From: Octopus vulgaris
Taxonomy: Eukaryota
DNA: 64,000 nucleotides
Direction of reading: 5' to 3'
NCBI GenBank assembly: GCA_951406725.2
Contig: OX597814.1
Coordinates: 115,196,001-115,260,000, forward strand
Shown here piece by piece: positions 45,873-60,021 of this stretch (its first letter is position 1; every line of letters begins with the position of its first letter). Made by a program: the position numbers and the translations under genes. Below the pieces are notes generated by a model that saw only the letters and a program-made list of their open reading frames with translations, was not told where the DNA came from and searched no databases.

Positions 45873-47497
45873 CAGTTGCGGCCGAAATGTTCAGAACGGC
45901 ATTGTTTTCGTCAGAAAAGTAGGTATAAGTTTTTATCAAAGTTGTTTTACATTCTATAATTTTCACAGACAATAAATACGATATTAATTTTTATTGTCTG
46001 CGATTTTTGTGTAATTTGAGAGGATAATACAAAAGTTATGGATGATTTAGTGATTTACTGCAAAACCAATGCCGGCCAAAATGATCAGAACGGTTGAAAA
46101 AATAACAAAATAATCAAAAATGACAGAGAATACTGGAATTATTTAATATTTAGTGTGAAGCCCTGTAGCTTCAATCACACTCTGACATCTTCGACTGCAT
46201 GAGGAAATTAAAATTTCAATTTCTTGCTGGGTGATCTTATTCCATTCTTCCTGAAGGGCATTCCATAATTGCTCAGTTGTTTTAGGATTTCTGGCTTTCG
46301 AACGTTCTCCTAGAATATTCTACACATTTTCAATAGGATTGAGATCTGGGTTTTGAGCTGGCCAATCCATACAATAACCTTTTCAGCCTTGAGGAAGTTC
46401 ATGACCACCTTAGCCTTGTGACATGGGGCATCGTCCTGCATGAATATGGGTGGTCGCTTAGTTGAATTTCTCAGCACAGGCAAGACATGATCTTTTACAA
46501 GTTGTTTATAAACTCCTGCATTTAACTTTCCATGTAATCGCACCAAAGGGCCCACATCATCTCCAGATATCATTCCCCAAACCATGACACTTCCTCCACT
46601 GAATTTAACACTAGTCTTAAGGCATTTAGGCAACAATTTTTCACCTACATTTCTACGAACGTACCTTTTCCCATCTGAACCAAATAACATAAACTTAGAT
46701 TCATCACTGAAATGCACCGTTTGCCATTTTTCTTGAGACCACAACACATGTTCGGTTGCAAATGTAAGACGACACTTTTTATTCTTGGAGCTGATCAGTG
46801 GCTTCACTGCAGGTGCTCTTGCTTGTAGGTCACGTTCAACTAAACGACGAGACACAATTTTTCGAGATAAAGTTTTCTTCAATACAATGTTCATTTTCCG
46901 AGAAACAGCAGCAGTTTTAAATCTGTCCTTTTTAACCAACTTTACCATAGCACGATCTTCTCTCTTGGTCGTTTTTCTTGGCCTACCTGTAAACTTTCTT
47001 GCTTCACACGAACCACAATCATCGTAGACCTTAAGAATACCGTGTACAACACTTTTTGACTTGTTAACAATCTTTGCAATAGATCCAATACTTAAATTAG
47101 CCTTCCTTCGAAGCTTAATAATCTGCTGAGGAATTGGTAACGGAGTAAGGGGCATTATATTAACAAAGTACACTGCCAATATTCTTACTAATGTTTAGTA
47201 AACGAACCGTCACGTAAAAAAATTCAAAACATTAGAGTTCGCCGGTTAAATATACTAAAACATGGAGTAAAAGGAACCGTTCTGATCATTTTGGCCGCCA
47301 TGGGTTTGGCAGTAAATCACTAAATCATCCATAACTTTTGTACTATCCTCTCAAATTACACCAAACTTTCAGGCAACAACAAGTAATATCGTATTTATTG
47401 TCTGTGAAAATTATAGAATATAAAACAACTTTGTTAAAAAATTATATCTACTTTTCTGACGAAAACAATGCCGTTCTGATCATTTTTGCCGCAACTG
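45873..47497 (-). mobile_element. Tc1-family DNA transposon, IR/DR type, full length but inactive
   Basis: TA|CAGTTGCGGC ... GCCGCAACTG|TA. ~220-bp TIRs, each with outer and inner direct repeats (GGCCRAAATGWTCAGAACGG). Confidence 0.95.
46143..47179 (-). pseudogene. Tc1 DD34E transposase, frameshifted
   Basis: GRPRKTT, FSDESKF, FMQDDAPCH. After a frameshift near 46370 it reads MDWPAQNPDLNPIENV* (34 residues between D and E) and continues to ...GLHTKY* at 46143. Confidence 0.92.
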
Positions 47498-47520
47498 TAT
47501 ATATACATATATATATATAC

Positions 47521-47552
<32 letters not shown>

Positions 47553-47945
47553 ACATATATATATACATATATATATACACATATACATATACATATATAT
47601 ATACACATATACATATACATATATATATACACATATATATATACATATATACATATACATATATATATACATATATATATACATATATACATATACATAT
47701 ATATATACATATACATACATATACATATATATATACATATATACATATACATATATATATACATATACATATATATATACATATACATATATATATACAT
47801 ATATAAATATACATATATATATACATATATACATATACATATATATATACATATATACATATACATATATATATACATATATACATACATACATACATAC
47901 ATATACATATATATATACATATACATATACATATATATATATATA

Positions 47946-47986
<41 letters not shown>

Positions 47987-48012
47987 TATATATACATATA
48001 CATATATATATA

Positions 48013-51003
48013 CATTCAGGAAAATCTCATTCCTGAGAGACCTTGTGACATGCAATCAAGCTATATGCATAGCACTCACAGAAACGCATCTTGAACCCGA
48101 TATAGGTGATGCAGAAATACACATGCCGCAATATGCAGTCATACGCACAGATAGAAAAGGGAGGAGCCATGGTGGAGTTGCAATGTACATCCAAGATGAC
48201 CTCACGCCCCAGGTCCTGTTGTCATATTCAAACTCAGTGTGTGAAACTCAAATTGTACACATAAGACAACTGAATATCGTCATATGCACTACATATCGCC
48301 CACCAGATGCCCCAAATCACTCAGGCATGTTTGAAGACTGCCTAACAAAAATAGGAGAAGTCCTCACCAACCTTGAACAACACAACAGTGTATTCTTCAT
48401 GGGTGACTTTAACCTCCCCAATGTGGAATGGCCTGGGGGGCAGATGCTCCCAGGGATGACACACCATCAGCAGGCACAGGCAGAGTCCCTGCTCCATCTC
48501 ACAAATGCCTCTTTCATGGAGCAAATAGTTCTGCAACCAACAAGGGCAGATAATATACTGGATCTCTGCTTCACAAACAATATGGATATTATCCATAATG
48601 TTAATGTGATGCCGACAATGATCTCGGATCACAACATAATAGAGCTGTCTATGTATGGAACAAAAGCCCCCGTAGACACACAGCCTATACGAAGCATCCA
48701 CCTTCTCTCCAACTTAAACTTTCATAAAGCAAACTGGAAGTTGATTGAGAAAGAGACCCTCAAACAGGATTGGCCTAAATGTCTCTCCACACCGGACTTA
48801 AACATGAAACACAAACACTTCATGTCCATAATACAAGCCATATGTGACAAATATGTCCCAGTGTGCAGGGCCAGCACACACAAAAACAAAAACAGGATCC
48901 CTAGAGAAAGGAAGATTCTTATGAGACGACGGACAAGGATTGCGAACCGCCTGAGCAAGCACACCAAAAGTGGTGAGAAGTCTCGGCTCGAGAGAATTCT
49001 AATGGAAATTGAGAAAAGTCTGCATCAGTCCCATGAAAAGGAGAGAGCAGATAAAGAAGCTTGGGTAATAGAAAATATAAAATCAAACTCTAAAGCTTTC
49101 TTTAAGTTTGCCAAAGAGACAGCCGCAGTGCACCAGAGAATAGGATCTCTCTTCCAAAAAGATGGCTCTCTCACAGGAAATCCCACGAGCATAAGTGAAA
49201 TACTGAACGAACGATTCCAAAGTGTGTTCACTACACCTCTAGGACACAGGCAAGTAAACAACCCAGATGAATTCTTTGCCACTTTACCTGCGGCCAAAGA
49301 GGCAACAATTGAGTACATCAACATCGAAGATGATGATTTCACACTAGCCATAGATGAGATTGACACAAACTCAGCTGCTGGACCTGGTGGATTCCCAGCG
49401 ATCCTTCTCAAATCGTGCAAACGAGCCCTTGCAAAACCGCTACAGCTTCTTTTTCAGAGCTTTCTTGCAAGTCAAAATGCTCCCAGTCAAATTCAAAGAG
49501 GGCGTAATATGCCCTATCCATAAGATGCTAAAAATTATAGGCCTATCTCTCTGACCTCACACATCAGCAAAATCATGGAACGAATAGTCCATAAGAAACT
49601 AATCATGTTCCTTGAAGAAAATGACTTGCTGTCTGACACCCAGCATGGATTTCGACCAGGTAGAAGCTGCCTAACACAGCTCCTGCAACACTATGACTGG
49701 GTGTTGAAACAGCTACCAAATGGCTCAAATGTGGATGTAATATATCTCGACTTTGCAAAAGCCTTTGATAAGGTCGACCATGGTATGATCTGTCACAAAC
49801 TGCGTGGTCTCGGCATAGGCGGAAAACTTGGAGAGTGGCTGCACAACTTCCTAAAAGACAGAAAACAGGCAGTTGTGAGCAATGGAGCCACCTCCAAGGA
49901 AACACAAATAACAAGCGGTGTCCCACAGGGCACTGTCATGGGCCCACTGATGTTCATAGTGGCCCTTTCAGACATGCCTTCAGTTGCTACGATGACCACC
50001 CTTGCTAGCTATGCAGATGACACAAAAGTCTCCCACGCAATACAAAACCCTGAAAATATTGCGCATCTGCAACAGGAGTTGGACACAATATACAGGTGGG
50101 ATGAGGACAACAACATGCAGTTTAATGCAGGTAGGTTCCAGGCCCTGCGCTACTGGCACACAAAGGTAAACGACATGCAGACTGGATACACTGGCCCAGG
50201 AAGAATTGCAATCCCTGAGTTAAAATCAGTGCGTGACCTGGGCATTGACATGAGCAATGATGCATCTTTCCAAGTGCATATTGCTAATCTGGTGATAAAA
50301 TGCAGACGGCTAGTTGGATGGATTCTCCGAACTTTCAGAACAAGAGAGAAGGAGACACTGATGGTCCTATGGAAAACATTCGTCCTCAGCCGCTTGGACT
50401 ACTGCTCCCAACTATGGTCACCAAACAATATAAATCTAACAGCAGAACTCGAAGCAATTCACAGAAGCTACACAAAGAAAATCGTCTCAATGCAAAATAT
50501 CAGCTACTGGGAAAGACTGAAGGTATTAAACCTCTTCTCCCTAGAGCGGAGGCGGGAGAGATATGCGGTGATATACATCTGGAAAATCCTGGAGGGTCTT
50601 GTCCCAAACTTTGGCATTCAAAGTTACCCCAACCGCAGAACGGGGCGCCACTGCATGGTGCCAAGGGTTCCAACATCACCATCAAAATACAGGTCCAGAT
50701 ACTGCAACAGCTTGGGTTTCAGAGGACCACAGCTCTTTAACATCCTCCCTAAATGCCTGAGAGACTTACATGGTGTGGATGTGGGTTTCTTTAAAACTAA
50801 ACTGGATCTCTTCTTGTCGGGAGTCCCAGATGAACCTACCTCACGACAAGAGACGCAGATGCGGGCAGGATCTTCGAACTCCCTTGTTGATCAAGTGCCA
50901 CGTATCAGAGGCGGATTCACAAATTAGTGTAGCTCATTCAGCGGTGGTGCCCCAGCATGGCCGCGGCCTTCGGGCTAAAACATTTTTAAGGATTTAAGGA
51001 TTT
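48013..51003 (+). mobile_element. CR1/L2-group LINE copy A: near-complete ORF2 (APE + RT) with lesions, 3' UTR and short tandem tail
   Basis: ORFs 48045-49523 (endonuclease) and 49575-50927 ([24 protein letters not shown]). Frameshift near 49472 and a small deletion near 49522 relative to copy B. Tail TTTAAGGATTTAAGGATTTA. Confidence 0.95.
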
Positions 51004-51386
51004 ATATATATACATATATATACATACATACATATATATATACATACATATATACATATACATACATATATACATACATGCATATATACATACATACATA
51101 TATACATACATATATACATATATACATACATATATACATACATGCATACATACATATATACATATATACATACATACATACATATATACATACATACATA
51201 TACATACATACATATACATACATACATATACATACATACATATACATACATATACATACATACATATATATACATACATACATATACATACATACATACA
51301 TACATATATATATACATATATACATACATATATACATACATACATATATATACATACATACATATATACATACATACATACATATA

Positions 51387-51420
<34 letters not shown>

Positions 51421-52868
51421 CATACATATATACATACATACATACATACATATATACATACATACATATATACATACATACATATATACATACATATATA
51501 CATACATATATATATATACATACATATATACATACATATATACATATATATATATATACATACACACAAATTTATATACACGTACATATGTGTGTATATG
51601 TGTCTGAGTGTGTATGTATACATACATACACAAACATACCAAGACATTAATATATATGCTCAGTTACCTTTTTCATTTATTTATCTATCTATATATCTAG
51701 GTATTGCGTATATAATTACGTATTGTCCTCTCTGTGTATTGATGTATTAAACAGCGATTTACTGAACTCCCACTGTCTTCGATTTATCCTTAAATCTTTA
51801 TCTATCTCTACATTCTTTTAAATGTTTATAGTTTACATATAACAGACAATGCTTGGCATTAAGAGCTACTAATCAAATGAAATGTGTAAGCTTAATTTAA
51901 TCCAACACTCTTCGCTCGTTCCAAAATATTTTTCTTTGTTAGTTTTACGTTGTGGTGGAAATGCACTTAAGTTAAGCTAAGTAATAACGGATTCCATTCT
52001 GTAATTGAAAACAACCTGTCCATTGAGCTTATAACAAGAAGCATTAATATTGAGATTGCTACAAAAATATCCGGTTACATCTTATCATGCTTTTTGAAAA
52101 TTTTTGATGAATATGTAATAAGTAAAAGAATCGTAAAATGATAGTAAAGAAATATAAATTAAAATATCTTTAAAGTTTCATTTTTTTTGTTTTTGGTTTG
52201 TTTGTTTTTGTTTTAGATTCTGAAATATAGATTTTTCAAATTGTGAAAGCATATTATTGTCAAATAATTGATGTGTTTAGAAATAAGGGTTGGGACGGTA
52301 GCACAAGTTGTAAATTAGATGATGGCGATAAATTTGAGAACAAAGATTGATTCTCAAATGGTATATCTTTGCTTCCTGTATATTTACAACCAGAAATACA
52401 TTTGAAAAAAAAATTAGGAGAGAATTCCCGACATAGAAGTGGTTGATGCTACCCCGTGTTTCAAATGAGAATTCTTTGCCTGTGAACCAAGCTGTGATAC
52501 TTTCAACGTTTTGGTATTTTGCCATTCAATTTCATTTAAAAAAGAAATTGTGTGCATGCGCGTGCACACGGAGCGTGTACGCGCGTGAGTATGTATGCCA
52601 TGTGTTAATATATGTGTGTGTGTATATATTCGTCCATGCATCTGTTTCTCTGTACATACACACACACACACACACGTGGATTTATAATTCGATGAGAAGA
52701 TGTATCAAATTGCGTAATAGCAATCGCTTTGTTTTTCTTCGTTTTAAACATTTATTTACATTTCGATTGGTGATTTAACTATGGCTATTTAGTATATAAG
52801 TACATTATAAGTTTATTATGAAAGCATCTATAATAGTCATATAAATAAATCCTTTTACATATCACACC

Positions 52869-52922
<54 letters not shown>

Positions 52923-52964
52923 CACACGCGCGCGCACTCTAAAATTAAACGATTAGACAGACAT

Positions 52965-53082
<118 letters not shown>

Positions 53083-53225
53083 GTGTATATGTATAGTCAT
53101 AAATAACTTGATTAATAGATAGAAAAATGAACAACAGTTTTTTAAAATTCCTACATCCGCTTTAATTATAAGTCGTGCAATCTAATGTGTGTTTTCTTTT
53201 ATCCTTTTTTCCTCTATTTTAACAG

Positions 53226-53484
53226 TTACAGAAGATCCTACGCTGTCCGTGTATTAAGTTCATTGGCCACACAATGATGTTTGTCGTGTTCCTCATAATG
53301 ATCATAATTTCCACATTCACTGAACTCCCAGATGCAAAGAAATCGTTACTATATAAAATACCCAAAGCAAATAGTAGCTATCAGTATTTCAGAAACATTA
53401 CCTCGTCGCCTTACCCCAAAGACTTTGTGATCCGAACATATGAACCGGAAATCATACATATTTTAATTTCAATATGGATTGTTG
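53226..53484 (+). CDS. TRPC: TRPC exon D (S1, extracellular loop, start of S2)
   Basis: ttttaacag|TTA ... GTTG|gtaagt, 259 nt, phase 0/1. LQKILRCPCIKFIGHTMMFVVFLIMII...EIIHILISIWIV-G. Confidence 0.92.
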
Positions 53485-54407
53485 GTAAGTTTCTTATATA
53501 TTTCAAGCTGCTACCCAAGCAAGCCGAGTTTGCGACTCGGATTCTATTCCAATTGGAACTTATTTCTCTTCTTTCACAAACCTAATTAACTTGTACCGAC
53601 ATGGACATTAAAAAAATTCAATTTGCTGTCTCTTTTAAAATGGTTTTAAAGTTTAGCCTGGAGAAACTGTTCTAAACATGGTGGATTGTGAAACGTCATC
53701 TGCCAAAGTTTGCCCTGGAAGATTGCTCTCAATGTTAAATTTAAGCAATACTTGAGTGTTTTTTTAAAATATATTTTGAGAATCACACTTGATTGGTAAA
53801 AGAAAGAAAAAAATGATAATTTAAGTTATTCTTGGAGAAAGTACTCAACAGTTACCGCCCCAGACGATTTTGGTGAATTTTTAGCGGAAAGAATACGTCA
53901 CGTGTTTCTATGGAACCAAACTGATTAAAAGTTGATCTGTTCCGTTTGAGATTTTTAATTCAAACACATTTATTAAAATCTTGCCAGTCTCGAAACATTC
54001 TGTATAGCATAACAATGCACCAGTAAGAACACAAGAAAGTAAACAGCCTTGCTATGCGGATTTGGTTCCCCTTTCACAGGCGTCTAGTATGAAATAAAGT
54101 GTTAAACACTAACGGTATACAAATTAATAACTCCAGCTCGCCGATGCTACCAGATTTTATGGGTCTATAGAGAGAATGGTTACTTGCTTCTATGGATTTG
54201 GTCAACGTTGCAAACACCTCTGATGTGGGCCCCCAATACGGGTCGAAAATCGATTAAAGCTTTTCATTACTCTTTTCAACGAAGAATACACACACACAGA
54301 GATACATATATAAGTACATACATGTGAAACAAGGTGGAAAAAATAGTATTCGAATACCGAAGGTAGAGTAGTATGCTTTTAATAACGCTATAAAAACATC
54401 GATCACA

Positions 54408-54446
54408 ACTGCCCGACGAACGAGGACGTGAAACTCTGAGTAACAG
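54408..54446 (+). ncRNA. Type I hammerhead motif at the tip of a long hairpin (54377-54480)
   Basis: CTGC-CCGACGA-ACG agga CGT-GAAA-CTCTGAG-TA-ACAG. Flanks AAAAACATC..TCACAA and TTGTGATGTTTTT extend stem I. Confidence 0.7.
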
Positions 54447-55333
54447 TTTTGTGATGTTTTTTTACAGCTTTAATTAAAAAAAAAGTGTATATGTATATAT
54501 ATATATATATAAACGTTGTGTCCTTGAGCAAGACACTTTATTTCACGTTGCTCCAGTCCACTCAGCTGGCAAAAATGAGTTGTACTTGTCACGCTGATTA
54601 TCCCCGAGAACTACGTTAAGGGTACACGTGTCTGAGGAATGCTCAGCCATTTGCACGTTAATTTCACGAGCAAGCTGTTCCGTTGATCGTATCAGCTGGG
54701 ACCCTCGTCGTCGTAACCGGCGGAGTCTTTTAATATATATAAAACTTGTTTCAGTCATTAGACTTCGGCCATGCTTGAGCACCGCCTTGAAGAATTTTTA
54801 GTCAAATGAATTGACACCAGTACATATTTTTAAAGCCTGGTTCTTTTTCTATCGTTTTCTTTGCCGAATCGGTAAGTCACGGGGACATAAACAAACCAAC
54901 ACCCGTTGCCATGCGATGGTGGGGACAAACAGACACAAATACACACACACACACACATGTATTCTTTTATTTGTGTCAATCTTTGACTGTGGCCATGCTG
55001 GAGCACCCCCTTTAGTCGATCGAGCAAATCAACCCCAGGATATATTCTTTGTAAGCCTAGTACTTATTCTATCGCACTCTTTTCCGAACCGCTAAGCTAC
55101 AGGGACGTAAGCACACCAACATCGGTTGTCAATCGATGGTGGAGGGACAAACACACCCACACAAACGCACATATATATATATATATACATACATATATAC
55201 ATGTATATGTATATATGAATTTCTGCTGTTAATGCCGAAAGTGAAAAAGATTTAGGTCAAAACAAAGGCAATGAGAATGTCGAGGTAACTACGATCAATT
55301 TGCAACATAAGAATTACTGGCACAATTTTTGCA

Positions 55334-55690
55334 ACAAGTTGAAAGTTTTGATATTTTGGAATTATCAGAAATACTTCGGAAAGCATCAAAACAATAAAAA
55401 TTACAATTGTTGTTGCTGTTAACATAAGTTCGCTGGAAAACGTAACAATGTGTGGACTTAGTGTGAACACTTCATTTAGATCTCGAGGCTTCTGCGGAGG
55501 TTTCATTTGGTTCCAAGAAACACTGTTTTTTCTCATTATTATTATTTTTATTATTGAGTCTAGGACATTTAGCCCTCGTGGTCACTAACCTTACAAGGAA
55601 AATTACCTATGAGGACAGCAGATGATGATTTAAAGCTTCTTAATATATTAGAGATGGGGTAATTAACCATGGGTGTAATTGTCCTAGAGG
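55334..55690 (+). repeat. ~350-bp segment duplicated at about 58912-59255
   Basis: Shared ACAAGTTGA...TATTTTGGAATTATCAGAAATACTTC...ACACTTCATTTAGATCTCGAG...TCTAGGACATTTAGCCCTCGTGG...GTAATTGTCCTAGAGGA. Confidence 0.9.
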
Positions 55691-56230
55691 ATAGTTGTTG
55701 TCCGGGGCAATTGTCTTTTGGGTGGTAATTTTTCTGGGGGTAATTGTTTTGATACGATTAATATTATTATTAAGGCGACGAGTTCACAGAATTGTCAGCG
55801 CGCCAGACAAAAATACTTAGCGAAATTTCTTCCGGCTTTACATTCTGGATTCAAATCCTGCCGAGGTCGACTTTGCCCTTCATCCTTTCGGGGTCGATAT
55901 ATTAAGTACCAGTTGTGTACTGGGGTCAATATAAAGGACACTGGCGTCAATATAATATCCTCCTCCCCAAAGTTTGAGGCCTTGTGCCTTTAGCAGAAAG
56001 GATTATTACCATGGCAGAATCTTTAGCATACCGGGCAAAATGCTAGCGGCATTTCGTCCGTCATTATATTTCTGAGTTCAAATTCTTCCGAGGTTGACTT
56101 TACCTTTCATTTTTTAGAGGTCGATTAAGTGAGTACCAGTTGAGTACTGGGGTAGAAGTAATCGACTAGGCCCCTCTTCCAAACTTCTGGCCTTATGACT
56201 ATAGTAGAAAGGGTTATATTTATTACCAGC

Positions 56231-56464
56231 TAAGACGGTGATCTGACAGAAACGTTAGAACGCCGGTCGAAATGCTTAGCCGTATTTCGTCTGCCGCTAC
56301 GTTCTGAGTTCAAATTCCGCTGAGTTCGACTTTGCCTTTCATCCTTTCGGGGTCGATTAAATAAGTACCAGTTACGTACTGGAGTCGATGTAATCGACTT
56401 AATCCGTTTGTCTGTCCTTGTTTGTCCCCTCTATGTTTAGCCCCCTGTGGGCAATAAAGAAATA
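56231..56464 (+). mobile_element. SINE family 1 monomer with 16-bp TSD and Tx1-like tail
   Basis: TATATTTATTACCAGC at 56215-56230 and 56465-56480. Confidence 0.88.
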
Positions 56465-56529
56465 TATATTTATTACCAGCATTCGTTTTGTTGCATCAAA
56501 GGTTAATTTTTTCTTCTTCTTTTTCACAG

Positions 56530-56669
56530 GTATGCTCTGGCAGGAGATGAAGCAAGTCTACGCTGCAGGCATTCACAACTACTTTGACTCTTTGTATAAT
56601 TACTTGGACTTCGCCGTCCTTACACTTTACATAACCTCATTTACATTGCGCTATTTAAGTATTATTAAG
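56530..56669 (+). CDS. TRPC: TRPC exon E (S2-S3)
   Basis: ttttcacag|GT ATG ... AAG|gttagt, 140 nt, phase 1/0. GMLWQEMKQVYAAGIHNYFDSLYNYLDFAVLTLY matches the TRPC W.E.KQ....G...Y....N..DF pattern. Confidence 0.94.
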
Positions 56670-57427
56670 GTTAGTACAACATGGAATCATTTCTGTCGTT
56701 CTTTCCTCATGCATGCACCAAGAACCATAGAACACTTATTACATACCCATTTAATACACATATAATATATATACATATATACAGTGTGTGTGGGGGGGTG
56801 TACAAAACTCCAGATCATAAGCATCGTTGTACCTAAGCGAAATACACACACGCACATGCATATATATCTATAAATTTCATTGAGGTGGTAACACTGGAGT
56901 TTACTCTGTTAAGCTCATCCACGGTTCCAAGATATCAGACAGACGGTAATCCGAAAATTGTCATATCAAACACGTGCCCGAAAATCCCTAAAAGTCTTCA
57001 GAGTTTCTACAATTATAGCCAAGGACAATGGAGTAAGTCCTTTTATTTCATTATATTACAATTGCTTCCTCGAAAATTGAGGGCCACTATCGTTAATTAA
57101 ATTTTTCCTTGTAAATAGCTTCTTTTCACGATTCTGAAGAATCTTCGATTTTGTGTCAACGACATCTCATGAATCAATGGTTTCATATATATTATTGCAC
57201 TAAAATATAGTAACGTTCATGAGATCGATTATCGAGGAAACGATTGTACATCAATGAAATGAAAGGACTTGCTCAATCTATTCTATTTGGTTATAGATAT
57301 ATTATATTGCATTGCAATATATTATATCATATATCATACAATATTATATTAGAAACGACATAGAGACATACAGGTATATAGAATATTGTACAACGTAAGT
57401 TCTTAATTTATTAAAGTTTTCTCAGCC

Positions 57428-59570
57428 TCCAATTAAATTGACGCATATCCCACAGTTGGGTCTTCCGCATTTGTTTTACTGACGGCTTCTGTGTTGTTGC
57501 TGAGCGTATTCGGGCTTGTGTTAGGAGACTTTTCCTAGATTTGGGTTGTCACTAGCTTTTTATGATGATGTGTGTTTAGAGGAATAAGTTCATTCTGTGG
57601 TCTTTTTTTAGCAGGGGAATGTTATGAAAATATAGAGAAACTTAAAGAATTCCAAGCACTTCTAAACGGACTTGACGTAAACATTCAATTCACGATGGAA
57701 TATAGCCACCAACAACTTCACTTCCTCGACATCCTCATTAAGAAATCTAACAACGTAATAGAAACAGATATATACTATAAGCCCACAGACTGCAAGCAGT
57801 ATCTACCGTTCAACTCGTGCCACCCCAGACACACCAGAATGAATATCCCCTTCAGCCTAGCAAAAAAGATTTGTACTATAGTTTCTAATGCAAACACCAG
57901 AGACACACGACTACATGAACTAAAGGATACACTCATCACCAGGAACAACCCACCTTCACTAATTGACGTATGCTTTCACGTGGCCTTCAATTCAAAATCC
58001 AGAAATTCAGATATCCCAAATTAAGAAAAATTTACAACCAAAATTATTACCATACATCTCCACACACAACCCTCTCAACAATGATGCCTTCGACACCATC
58101 CTCCAAAACATACCCCTGCTAAAAAAAAGGACCACAGAATGAACTTAATCCTCCAAACATACACCATCATAAAAAGCCAGAGACAGCCCAAATCTATGAA
58201 AAGTCTCCTAACACAAGCCCAAATACGCTCAGCAACAACACAGAAGCCGTCAGTAAAAAAATGCGGAAGACCCAACTGTGGGAAATGCGTCAATTTAATT
58301 GAGGGATCAGAGTTCTCCTTCAAACAGGGACAACGTTTCACAGTGAAAAGCAACTTCACATATGCTTCGGAGAACATTATATACGCACTAACTCGGTGTC
58401 AAGAGCAATACATAGGCCACAGAAAATTCCCAAAAACAGAAAACTAGTATTCAGCCAACACATCGACATTTGCGCCAACAGCAAAAATCCAAGCTTCAGA
58501 ATTTTTCCCCCTCTACCAATTCAGGGAAAACACCACCTGTAGCCAACGAATTAGTAAAGAGACTCTCTTTATTACAAAATACAGACCCCTTTTGAGCGCG
58601 CCTACAACAAACTACATATCCATCACGGTCTTAGAATAACTCAAACACACACGCAAGTATTAAAAATGATACACTCAAGAGATTCCCATGAATTCATTTA
58701 AAAACAGTCCCAATCTCTGCAATAATCCATAACGAACCACTTTTCAGTCACTTGACCATTTAACACTCTAAAACTATCATACCACCAACATTCCTTCTTA
58801 ATCTCCTTTCTCTTTCTCCTTCGTCTTCTTCTTCTCCGCCACATCCTTCCTAACTGTACCACTATTGCTGTTTAGAATAACACCTACGCAAATTTTATAA
58901 ACAAAACAGTCAACAAGTTGATAGCTTTAATATTTTGGAATTATCAGAAATACTTCAGAAAACATCAAAACAATAAAAATTACAATTGCTATTGTTATTG
59001 TTTAACACAAGTTCACTGGGAAACGTAACAAAGTGGATTTAGTGTTGACACTTCATTTAGATCTCGAGACTTCTACGGTGGTTTCATTTGGTTCCAAGAA
59101 ACATTGTTTTCTTCTTTTTCTTATTATTATTGAGTCTAGGACATTTAGCCCTCGTGGACACTAACCCTTCAAAGACAAGTACCAACATATGATTTAAAGC
59201 TTCTTGATAAATTAGAGAGGGAGTAATTAACCATGGCTGTAATTGTCCTAGAGGACAAGAATTCAATCACTACTACCATCCACAACGGGTCAATTTCAAG
59301 GCACTTGACCATTTAACATACTACTATCATGGCACTCCCGCATTCTTCTTCTTCTCCTCCTCCTTCTTTTCTCCTACCAAGAATTCACAACGAGGAAAAT
59401 GCCCCTTGTATTTGCATACTATGCAAATATTCTTTTTAAACACTTTTCTTTTAATTTTTCCAAAATTTTATTGTTTTCCATACTTAAAGTTGAAAAAGAG
59501 TGAACGACTGAAACCGGTACTGAAATGATCTTTAGCATTTTCTACCTTGACTTTTTTCCATATATACATT
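57428..59570 (+). mobile_element. Penelope-like element: RT C-terminus, GIY-YIG endonuclease, 3' region with decayed HHR, and an inverted 5' segment
   Basis: IQFTME...LHFLDILI...ETDIYYKPTD..QYLPFNSCHPRH...NIPFSLAKKIC; CGRPNCGKC...NIIYALTRCQEQYIG. 57428-57623 is the reverse complement of about 58107-58303. Decayed HHR AAG-TTGAAAA-AG-AGT gaacg ACT-GAAA-CCGG-TA-CTG at 59487-59522. Confidence 0.88.
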
Positions 59571-59643
59571 TACGTATATATATATATATATATATCACGA
59601 ACTGTCAAAACCTATGCACTGTGCATGTGTGTGTGTGTGTGTG

Positions 59644-59688
<45 letters not shown>

Positions 59689-59808
59689 TATTTTATGGTT
59701 TATAAAACATACCCGCGTTTCGGTCGATTAACTTATGGGATTACATAATTGCTTGTTGAAGCATTGTGTGTGTGTGAGAGAGAGAGAGTACGTAGTTGTA
59801 CGTATAAA

Positions 59809-59864
<56 letters not shown>

Positions 59865-59921
59865 TAGCATATTACTTAGAAATGGAAGGGTCTCGCTAAA
59901 ATGTATATTTTTTTTCCACAG

Positions 59922-60021
59922 GTGCGCATCTCATTAGAATATTTTGCTTCAAACGATTCCTGGACGCTATTATTTAATAAGGATAAAACTGCCGAATCAT
60001 ACTGGTACTGGTTGCTTGCAG
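59922..60021 (+). CDS. TRPC: TRPC exon F (S3-S4 loop), absent from the ORF track
   Basis: tttttccacag|GTG ... GCAG|gtaaac, 100 nt, phase 0/1, open in the expected frame: VRISLEYFASNDSWTLLFNKDKTAESYWYWLLA. Supported by splice signals and phase rather than a strong motif. Confidence 0.75.
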
